A program made the position numbers and the translations under genes. From Rebecca billardiae RCC1528 (lineage: Eukaryota > Protista > Haptophyta), in NCBI GenBank assembly GCA_965240325.2, contig OZ251223.1:1984001-2048000 (forward strand): 64,000 bases of DNA, written 5' to 3'. The stretch's first letter is position 1, and each line of letters starts with the position of its first letter. Shown piece after piece: positions 36,144-45,032 of the stretch. The notes under the pieces are model-generated. The model had not been told where the DNA came from. It ran no database searches and saw only the letters and a program-made list of their open reading frames with translations.

Positions 36144-37448
36144 TCAGGTGAGCGCGAGTGTGACAGCACCCGGAAGCGGCGAGTTAGTGGCGTCGTTCCC
36201 GCCGACGAGGACGATGGTGGTCATGGTGCCGGGGTGATGACTGTGCTCTTCATCGACATCAGCGACGAGTGACGCGCTGTCGTCCACTTTCAGTTCGAGC
36301 GCGCCACGGTCGCTCCTGCTCTCGCCGTGCCGAGGCTGGGACAGGGACTCGCACGCATGGTTGTACCTACGTACAGCTCGCCGGCCCGCCAGCGAGCCGT
36401 GCTCCGCCCCGACTGCGGGTGCGAGGATCGCCTCATGGGCTCCAGCGCGCCCCCCTGCGCTCGGCCCATCCCCACGCGCACTCGTGCCGCTCAGCTCCAG
36501 CCGGCTCCAGCCAGGGGCTGGGACGCGGGGCGTGGCGGCAGCGTACGCCTCGAGTGACTCGCGCGTGATGTCGAGCTGTAACACGTCGTCCAAGACGAGC
36601 GGCTGCCCGTAGCTCTCCGGGGCGACCGAGCAGCCACTGCAGCCGCCCGTCACGACCATGGTGCCACCGCTCAGGACACTCGCATGGCCCGAGCGAGCCA
36701 GGGACAGCGCGGGCGCGTCCGTGATTGGCGCCGGGCGCAGCTCCCTCCATCGCACGACCGGAGGGTGTACGTCCAGCAACCAGAGCCCGCCGTCCGCCCC
36801 AAGCGCAGTGAACCCGCCGAACACGAGCACGGACGCGCCGTCGGGCGTGGGCACCGCCGTGTGCGCACAGCGCGCGGGCGGAGGGCTCCCCTCAACTGCC
36901 GGCGTGTGCCACGTGGGCGTCGAGCACCCCGGCGAGAGCGAGAGAATGTGAACGTCGTTCAGCGCCTCACTCTCGCCGTAGCCACCGAAGATGACGACCG
37001 CCGGGTCGCCCGCCTGATCGCGCAGCGCCGTCGCCGTGTGTCCAGATCGCGCCGACGGCTGCGGAGAGTCGCCACCGGCGCGCAGCTGCGTCCACGCAAC
37101 GCGCTCGTCGACAATGTCGAGGCGCCAGAGGTCGGAGAAGCTGTGGCCGCCGCCGAATCCGCCGTGTACGATGGCGCAAGACGGTCCAACGCGCGCGCAC
37201 GCCAGCCCGCCGCGATGGCTCGGGCCATCGCCCCCGCCTGCAGCGTGCTCGCGCCGCCACGCGCTGCCATCACGGCTCGAGTGCACGAGCAGCGGCTGCG
37301 ATGACTGGGGACCGTGCTCGGATTCATCGTACCCACCAAGCAGGAAGAGCCGCTGGCTGACCCCACCACCTAGCCGGCAGAGCCGAGCGTCGACGACTGC
37401 AGGCGCGCGAGATACAGTCGCACACACGGCTCGTCGCGCGGCGGCCAT
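36144..37448 (-). CDS. Kelch-repeat protein
   Basis: Repeated R-x-[GA]-H-[TA]...hhhFGG units (ARSGHTAT..VVIFGGYG..LNDVHIL; ARCAHTAV..LVFGGF; ARSGHASV..MVVTGG). First ATG at 37448. Confidence 0.85.
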   Translation of the reverse strand: MAAARRAVCATVSRAPAVVDARLCRLGGGVSQRLFLLGGYDESEHGPQSSQPLLVHSSRDGSAWRREHAAGGGDGPSHRGGLACARVGPSCAIVHGGFGGGHSFSDLWRLDIVDERVAWTQLRAGGDSPQPSARSGHTATALRDQAGDPAVVIFGGYGESEALNDVHILSLSPGCSTPTWHTPAVEGSPPPARCAHTAVPTPDGASVLVFGGFTALGADGGLWLLDVHPPVVRWRELRPAPITDAPALSLARSGHASVLSGGTMVVTGGCSGCSVAPESYGQPLVLDDVLQLDITRESLEAYAAATPRVPAPGWSRLELSGTSARGDGPSAGGRAGAHEAILAPAVGAEHGSLAGRRAVRRYNHACESLSQPRHGESRSDRGALELKVDDSASLVADVDEEHSHHPGTMTTIVLVGGNDATNSPLPGAVTLALT

Positions 37449-37505
37449 GCTGGTGAATGGGCCGGCTTGGGATTTCGTCGTGGCGGCGGCAGGGCAGGGG
37501 CGCAA

Positions 37506-38636
37506 CAAGGGTAGTAAGGGTGAGCAACTCCGCTGGCGACAGCCGCCGAGGTCGGTCGGGCTCTGTTTGCCTCGGCGAGCGGTGCGAGCGGAGCGGAGCG
37601 AGTACTATCAGCGGCGGAGGGCGCTGAGGCCGCGCACGGCGTGAGGCGCGGCGTCGGCCGAGTCGGTCCGCGGAGGATGCGCGGCGCTCGGCCCGCTGCG
37701 CAGCAGCAGTGCGCCTCACTTTGCCCCGAGCGCCGTCCTCCGCGTCGCCTCCTTCCCGCCTTGGAGCAGCACGCATGTGCGCGCCGCCACCTCGAAGGCG
37801 GCACGGGCTTGCTCAGACGACCGCGCGCGTGTGGCGCGCGACTTGGTCGACTGCGCGCGCGCGCTGCCGCGGTGCAAGGTAGCGCCACCGCATACGCGCG
37901 CCGTGGCCTTGCGAGAGCGTGTGCGCGGACGTGAGTGCGAGCTCACACACATGTCTAATGCTGCTTGCGCATCCGACTAGTGCCGAGTGACGTGAAGCTG
38001 GAAAAGACAGCGGCGTGAGTGTTGGTACCATCGATGCGGAGCCTTAGCGTCCGCTCGCATTCGTGATGAGAAGGCATACACACGGCCAGGCCTTCGTCAT
38101 GGGTATCCAATGTCACTCAACACCTCGCTGATCGACCGACGAGCGCCGGCGTGAGGCACAGCGAACCATTCGTGAGAGCAAGCAGACAAGCGAGCACTAC
38201 GCTCATGAGATGGCCGTGAGCAAAGGCTCGCGCGGGCACGGCGCGCGTATGCGGTGGCGCTACCTTGCACCGCGGCAGCGCGCGCGCGCAGTCGACCAAG
38301 TCGCGCGCCACACGCGCGCGGTCGTCTGAGCAAGCCCGTGCCGCCTTCGAGGTGGCGGCGCGCACATGCGTGCTGCTCCAAGGCGGGAAGGAGGCGACGC
38401 GGAGGACGGCGCTCGGGGCAAAGTGAGGCGCACTGCTGCTGCGCAGCGGGCCGAGCGCCGCGCATCCTCCGCGGACCGACTCGGCCGACGCCGCGCCTCA
38501 CGCCGTGCGCGGCCTCAGCGCCCTCCGCCGCTGATAGTACTCGCTCCGCTCCGCTCGCACCGGGCGCCGAGGCAAACAGAGCCCGACCGACCTCGGCGGC
38601 TGTCGCCAGCGGAGTTGCTCACCCTTACTACCCTTG
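37506..38636. mobile_element. Non-autonomous fold-back DNA transposon with 400-bp TIRs (P- or hAT-like termini)
   Basis: 37506-37905 is nearly the exact reverse complement of 38237-38636. Termini CAAGGG...CCCTTG; 7-bp direct repeat GGCGCAA at 37499-37505 and 38637-38643. Confidence 0.92.
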
Positions 38637-38753
38637 GGCGCAAGGACCTCCCTTCAGTCCCTTGGCGCAGCGCTGGTCTGTCCTGTCAGGGATTCCATCC
38701 TGCCGGTTCAAAGTGGTCATCACCGCCGCTCTTGGTCTCCAGATGTCTTGAGC

Positions 38754-41700
38754 ATGGGGGCGGGGCTGGTGGACGCGGACGGCGCCGTTCGCGGCCTGCG
38801 AGCGCGCCTCCTCGGGTCGGTGGCCCCGAACGGCGCGCCGGCTTGCGACGAGCGCTCAGATACGCGCGCGTACACGTGCCTCGAGTACGTGCACATCTGC
38901 GTTTTTGTGCTGAGCGTCCTCTTCGCCGGCACGCTCTGGGGCTGTGCGGGCGCGACGTTGTGCTACCACTTTGCGTGGTCGTCCAGCCTGTGCTGGTTGT
39001 GCACGTGGGCGGTGCCGCGGTTACGGCGCGCGCGTGCGCACGGATACCTATACTCGAGCGACGACGATCCCACGCGCGAGCTCCTCGCGTCCGCCCGGCG
39101 GGCGGGCCCGGAACGTGAGCTCACGCCAGGCAGCGACGAGCCGCGCGCACCGACCGCGACCGTGTACGTGACCGTCTTCACCGAGCCGTTCGATCAGGTG
39201 CTGCAGCCGACGATCGAGCAGGCGCTCCGCGTTGTGCGCTTCTACAACCGCCTCGCCGCCGCGCCGGACGAGGCGCCGCGCGCCAACCTGGTCGTGCTTG
39301 ACGACGGCCTGCAGCTCGTGCCGGACGCGGAGCGGGGCGCGCGGCTCGGGTACTACCACGCGCACGGGATCGCGTACATCGCGCGGCCGCGCGACGGGGA
39401 GGGCGGGTTCGTGCGCGAGGGCTTCTTCAAGAAGGCGGGCAACCTCAACTTTGCGCACACGCTCAGCGCGCTCGCGCGCGCGACACGGCCCGACATCTCC
39501 GCGCTCGACGGCGCACACGTGGAGCACGCGCGCGCTTTCGGGCGCGGCCGCCGCACGGCGGCGGGGCGGTGCTGCGAGCCGGACGGGCCCGAGGGGGCGT
39601 GGTGCAGCATACACGGCGTGGGCAAGGCGCGCCTGTGCGCGCGCGCACGCGCGCCCGACCCCGCCGCCACCGCCGCTCCGTCGCGGCCGCTGCACGCGGC
39701 GAGCCCCGAGCAGCTGGCGCGCGCGGCGGTGCACGGCGTGTGCGGGCTGGGGCAGTACGTGCTGCTGCTGGACAACGACTCGTGGGCTCCGGAGAGCGCG
39801 CTCGTGGACTCCGTGCGCCTGCTCCAGCGCGCGCCCGACGCCGCGTACCTGCAGCACGTCTCCGCGCCGCTGAACGAGGCGGAGTCGCTCGTGACGCGCC
39901 TGCACGGCGTCAGCTCACTCATCTTCTGGGGGGTCACGATGCAGAGCCGCGCGTGGGCGGCGCCGTGCCCGCTGCTCGGGCACAACGTGGTGCTGCGCCG
40001 CGCCGCGGTCGACGCGGCGGGCGGGTACCACACCGGCCGCGGCGCCGACGACCTCAGCACCGGCGTCTCCGTGCGCGTGCGCACGGGCGGCCACGGCCGT
40101 CTCGCCAAGCTGTACCCGTGGCGGCTCGGCTTCCGAGAGGGGCTGCCGGTGTGCTACCGCCGGCTGCTGGCGCAGTGGCAGCGGTACGGCGCGGTGGCGA
40201 ACGGCACGGTGACCAACCCGCTCGCGGACTGGGCGACGCGCGGCGCGCTGCAGCCCAACCTCGGCGCGCTGCTGCTCACGCGCGCAGCGGCGCGCCGCGG
40301 CGGCGGCGAGCGCGGCGAGCGCGGCGAGCGCGGCGCGCCGCCCGCCGCGCCGCCGCATGCGGCGGCCGCCGCGGACGAGTGGGCGCAGCCAGGGCGCACG
40401 GCGGTGTCAGCCGCCGAGCTCTTCGACCTCTTCCTCTTCTTCGTGCCCGGGCTGCAGGGCGCCGTCTTCTTCCTCGCCTTCCTGCCGTACGTGCAGCTCG
40501 TGCTGTGGCGCGCCGCCATCCTCGGACCGGCCGCGCTCGGAGGGGCGCCCGCCGCGCCGGCCGCGGGCGCGGTGCAGCCGAGCGAGGAGGTGGAGCTCGG
40601 CGGCGCGCACGTCGGGCTCGGCGGCGGCTTCGTCGTCGCCGCGCTCCTCCCCTTCCTCGCCGCGGCGACGCTCGCGCTCCAGCGGGACGCGCCCGCGCTG
40701 CCGGCGCGCGCGCGCGCGCTGCATGCTCTGCTTGGCGGGCCGCTCTACCTGTCTCTCTGGCTTGCGTTCACGCGCGGCTTTGTGGTCGATCACTGGTGCA
40801 AGGCGATCGACGCGTACGCGACGACGAGCGTGGGCCGCGCGTCCCGCGTGCCGCTCGCGCAGCACGCGCGAGCGCACCGGGTGCAGCTCCTGCTCGGCAC
40901 GGCCTGCGCGCTGTGCGGCGCGTGCGCGCTCGCGCGCGCGCCCGCGGCGCTGAGGCTCACCGCCGCGGCAGACCTGCTAGTCGGCGTCTTCTTGCTGAGC
41001 GCGGCGTACGTGCTCGACCCGCCCGTGCTGCCCCCCGCGCTGGCTCACCCGCCACTCGGCGCCCTGCGTGCGCTCGGCGCGCTCGGCTGCCGCGGCGCAC
41101 GCCGGGTCGCGGCCGCCGTGCACCCAGCCGCGCTGTGCGCGTGCCCACTCGGCGACGAGCCGGCGAGGCCGGCGCGGGTCGGCCGTGGCGGGCGGGCGCG
41201 CGGCAAGCCGGTGGTGGACGAGCTCCAGCTCCAGCCCGCCGAGCCCGACGCCGCCGCCAACGCCGACAGGGCAGCTGTCGCTGCCGCCGCCATGCCCAAG
41301 GTTGAGAGCGGTGCGGGCTGCGCGCGCAGGGCGCTCGGAGCGGTGCGCGGCGCACTGCGCGCGCTGGGCAGCCTGAGTGAGCGCGCAGACGAGCGACTGC
41401 CTGCGCTGGACGGCGTGCGCGCGCTCGCGTGCCTGTGGGTCATGCTGTACCACGCGCTCGGCTACTGGTTCTCCCGCCGGTGGGACGGCCAGCGTGGCGC
41501 GTACGTGTGGGCAGGCGCCTTCTCCGAGTGGGCGGAGGCCAAGCCGGCACCCTACCTCGCCCTGCTCGACAGCGTGCTTCTCTCCGGCGCGGTGACGGCG
41601 GGCTCGCTCGGCGTGGACATGTTCCTCGTCCTCTCGGGCTTCCTGATCGGGCGCATGCTGCTCGCGCAGATCGGGCGCGCGCGCGCAGCCGCGCCCGCCG

Positions 41701-42950
41701 CCGCGACCGGCCCCCAGCGCGCGGCAGCCGTGCAGCTCGCCGCTGCCGCGCCGGGCTCCGGGCTGTCGTGGGCCCTGTTCATGCTGCGGCGCGCGCTGCG
41801 CCTCATGCCCGTGCACCTGCTCGCGATGGCGTGCTCCGCGCCGTGGCGCGACCAGCGCCTGGCGTGCGAGCGCAACTGGGCGTCGCACCTTCTGTTCGTC
41901 AACAACCTGCGCGGCGGGATGGGCGACGCGTGCGTCGGGCAGTCGTGGTCGGTGGCGCTCGAGTTCCAGCTGTACGCGCTCTCGCCGCTGCTGCTGGGCT
42001 GGATCGCGACGGAGCGCTCGGGGGATGGTGACGAGCGCGTGCGCCGCGCGCTCGTCGCCGGCGCCCTCGGCACCGTCGCCGTCGCCACCGCGCGCGCGGC
42101 GGCCGGCGCGGCGTGGCCGCTGCTGCTGGACGGCGCGGTGGTGGCGTCGCCCGACCTCGTGCTCACGCAGGTGCCCACGCGCTCCGCGGCGTACCTGGCG
42201 GGCGTGGTCGCGGCGGTGCTGCACGAGCGCGGCGAGCAGCAGCGCCAGCGCGGCGGCGCGCCCTGCGCCGACATCGTGGCGCGGCTCACGGCCGGCCGCG
42301 CGCGCTGCGTGGCCGTCGGCGCGTGCACGCTCGCGCTCGCGGCGCTCGGGCCGGCAGATGCGGCCGGCGCGATCCGGCAGTGGAACCGCGAGTGGCCCGT
42401 GCTGCACGCGCTCGTCTTTGTGGCGGGGCGGCCGCTCTTCGGGCTGTGCACGGCCTTCTGGCTGCTGCACGCGCTGCGCTGGCCGAGCGCCCTCCGCGCG
42501 TTCCTCTGCGCGCGCGCGTGGACGGCCGTGGCCGCGGTCGCGTACCCCGCCTACCTGCTGCAGCACGTGCCGCTCTCGGTCGCGGCGCAGCTGACGGCGC
42601 GCGTGCCGTCCGCGCTCACGCTGCACGGCGTGCGAGGCGGCGCGCTCGCCTGCGCCGTGTTCGCCGCGTACGCCAGCCTCATGTGCGCGTCGACCCTGCT
42701 TCTCGCCGCGCTCGCCCACCTCGCCTTTGAGCGGCCGGTCCTGCGCTGGGTGGCGCGCGTGCGCGGCGCGACGGCGGCGGCGGTGCAGGCAGAAGTGGCG
42801 GCGGCGGCGGAGATCGAGATGGCAGCAGGAGCGGCGGACCCGCGATCGACCACGCCGGTTCCGCCGCCTGGCGCCGCTGATCCTGCTGCTACTGGCGCTG
42901 CTCATCAAACTGTCGTGGCTGGTGCGACAAGAGCGATGCATAATTATTAG
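38754..42950 (+). CDS. Membrane GT2 glycosyltransferase fused to an acyltransferase-3 (OafA/OatA-type) domain, about 1398 aa
   Basis: GT2 motifs VLDDG, KKAGNLN, LLLDND, LGHNVVLR, ADDL, QWQRY followed by hydrophobic helices. AT3 motifs LDGVRALACLWVMLYH (R-x10-H), GVDMFLVLSGFLI, RRALRL, WSVALEFQLY, AYPAYLLQH, FERP. No stop between them. Confidence 0.85.
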   Translation: MGAGLVDADGAVRGLRARLLGSVAPNGAPACDERSDTRAYTCLEYVHICVFVLSVLFAGTLWGCAGATLCYHFAWSSSLCWLCTWAVPRLRRARAHGYLYSSDDDPTRELLASARRAGPERELTPGSDEPRAPTATVYVTVFTEPFDQVLQPTIEQALRVVRFYNRLAAAPDEAPRANLVVLDDGLQLVPDAERGARLGYYHAHGIAYIARPRDGEGGFVREGFFKKAGNLNFAHTLSALARATRPDISALDGAHVEHARAFGRGRRTAAGRCCEPDGPEGAWCSIHGVGKARLCARARAPDPAATAAPSRPLHAASPEQLARAAVHGVCGLGQYVLLLDNDSWAPESALVDSVRLLQRAPDAAYLQHVSAPLNEAESLVTRLHGVSSLIFWGVTMQSRAWAAPCPLLGHNVVLRRAAVDAAGGYHTGRGADDLSTGVSVRVRTGGHGRLAKLYPWRLGFREGLPVCYRRLLAQWQRYGAVANGTVTNPLADWATRGALQPNLGALLLTRAAARRGGGERGERGERGAPPAAPPHAAAAADEWAQPGRTAVSAAELFDLFLFFVPGLQGAVFFLAFLPYVQLVLWRAAILGPAALGGAPAAPAAGAVQPSEEVELGGAHVGLGGGFVVAALLPFLAAATLALQRDAPALPARARALHALLGGPLYLSLWLAFTRGFVVDHWCKAIDAYATTSVGRASRVPLAQHARAHRVQLLLGTACALCGACALARAPAALRLTAAADLLVGVFLLSAAYVLDPPVLPPALAHPPLGALRALGALGCRGARRVAAAVHPAALCACPLGDEPARPARVGRGGRARGKPVVDELQLQPAEPDAAANADRAAVAAAAMPKVESGAGCARRALGAVRGALRALGSLSERADERLPALDGVRALACLWVMLYHALGYWFSRRWDGQRGAYVWAGAFSEWAEAKPAPYLALLDSVLLSGAVTAGSLGVDMFLVLSGFLIGRMLLAQIGRARAAAPAAATGPQRAAAVQLAAAAPGSGLSWALFMLRRALRLMPVHLLAMACSAPWRDQRLACERNWASHLLFVNNLRGGMGDACVGQSWSVALEFQLYALSPLLLGWIATERSGDGDERVRRALVAGALGTVAVATARAAAGAAWPLLLDGAVVASPDLVLTQVPTRSAAYLAGVVAAVLHERGEQQRQRGGAPCADIVARLTAGRARCVAVGACTLALAALGPADAAGAIRQWNREWPVLHALVFVAGRPLFGLCTAFWLLHALRWPSALRAFLCARAWTAVAAVAYPAYLLQHVPLSVAAQLTARVPSALTLHGVRGGALACAVFAAYASLMCASTLLLAALAHLAFERPVLRWVARVRGATAAAVQAEVAAAAEIEMAAGAADPRSTTPVPPPGAADPAATGAAHQTVVAGATRAMHNY

Positions 42951-44572
42951 TGTCAGTCGTCACGCACTTTCGTCGTCAGACTACATCTGCGCTATATTAT
43001 TATTGGCAGAAATATTTATCACGCGACGCGGTCCGTTGTACTGTTACCTGCTTTATTGAAATAAGTATATATAATAATAATAATTTATTATAAATAAGTT
43101 ATTATTGGACCGCCTTGTGGCTTATCTAATTAATAGGTCGTACCTAGCAACTTTTAGCTAGAGTAGCTAGGCGCTCGATCGTCGTGATGACGCGGCGAAA
43201 GACAATTAAGGTTCAAGGAATACATAGTTTAATTGGCCGGACGCTTGCTGTCGTCCTGATGCTGATGATTATCCGGCAGCCAGCAACCACCGTGCTCGGC
43301 CTGACGAACTCACGACGCCGAGTAACTAAGTAGTACGCAGCATGCATGAACAGTTATTCTGCCATCATCAGCAGTATAGTAGCGCTCTGTAGCTGCTGCT
43401 GCCAATATATCGGGCGGACGAGTTTGATGCGTGATGATGCCTGTATACCGTCGTACGTCAGTCCGAGCGACTAAGATTCATGGGCCGTGTAACCGAAGCC
43501 GCGGCAGCCCTCTGCCCTGTTGCTGTTGCTCATTGACGAGTCAGCTAAAGTGATACAGTAGCTTAACATCAGTCATCGACCGATAAGTAGCCGGCCATGT
43601 CCGAATTTATCCGCGGCGGGAGGCTCCATAACGCGGATCGACGATTGCGGGTGCGGGCATCTATCGCGCGGAAGAGTCACGCGGGTATAGTGATGAATCG
43701 TCGCGCAATCAGACAGAATGACGATGCTAGATGGCGCACAACGACTAACAAGGCTGCTGACAATGGCGGGCAGCGCCGCCGGCTGGGGAGTCACTGCCAA
43801 TGAAGATAGCAGCAGAATGATGGTGAGGAACGAATCATCGCTGCCAGTAATCGCGTCTTTATTGTTGCGCCAGGGCTGATGCACCGAATAGGCCGCCAGC
43901 TTGCGCTCCTGAGTCCTGTGCCGCTGCCGCACGCATGCACTGCAGACGCACTCTGCAAATAAGTCCGATTCGCGCCGCCTGGCGCCTACTTGAACGAAGG
44001 TTCACTTTGCGGCGGGCTCGGTAAAGGGCCCGCCATTCACCTCGCCGTCCTCTTCCTCCGCCTCGTCGTCGTCTTCAAGTCAGGTTGGGAGTGCCTTGCC
44101 ACTTATGTACATCAGGGGGCAGAAGACGCAGAAGTCGCCGACTCGATCTCGTCGCGCGGCCATCTGGCTGGGACGACGTGCCCCTTGATGCGGCGCGGAG
44201 TCGCTCGATTCGCGCCACGGCGGCCTCGTCAGCCCTGGCAGTGCCAATGTAGCGCGGCAGGTCCACCGCCCAGGTCCGTCGGCCGAACGCTCACCTTATG
44301 GCCCAGCGGCTCGCTCTCGCCTTCGGCGAGCAGCCCTCGACGCGTGCCCATGATAACGACTCCTCATTCCGATGCGGTAGTTATCGAAGAACATCCGAGG
44401 CGCGCGCGAGGCCCTGATGCCTGATGGCTGATGCAGGCACACGCGGGAGTTCACGGGGAACAGAGAGCCAGAAGAGTTCGCCATCGCGCAGACTTCCCTC
44501 GCGAGCGGCGACGCGGCAAGCACTGCAAATAATTCTGGCGAACCTTGCTGCCTTGCTTGGCCAGTAGTATCA

Positions 44573-44615
<43 letters not shown>
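44573..44615. repeat. (TAG)n microsatellite
   Basis: Direct reading. Confidence 0.95.
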
Positions 44616-44616
<1 letters not shown>

Positions 44617-45032
44617 CAAATCGGCAATACGTACCCCCCAATAAGGCCATACCTGCACCTTAGTTACAATAAATGGAATGATGGTACCATAAAAAAGCAT
44701 CTTCATCTTCGCTTGCAGGGAACCAGTTGTGATCAATCAAGAGCTCCAGCGCTGGTCGATTTCGTCACAAGTATTTACGATGTTTGGCGTGCTATTTCAA
44801 GTGTAGCCCATTATCAATCTCGACATCACCAACATCGGAAAGCACTTTGCTGCCGCAGTTTTCCATACCTGATGATACACATGAGCGTTTTTGACGATTG
44901 CATCGATTAACCAATAAGGGATTGTGGCCCAGAAGCTAGGCAAGTAAGGCAACGAGGCAAGGGGCTCCGTGCTTTGCTGTTGAGCCAGGCGCAGCGCCCG
45001 CCCGCCCCCCTCACCATCGTGAACTCAGAACT

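Noticed and set aside
43880-44560. Coding-like minus-strand remnant with an acidic patch
   Set aside because: Fragmented with no recognisable motif; cannot be supported as a gene or named element.
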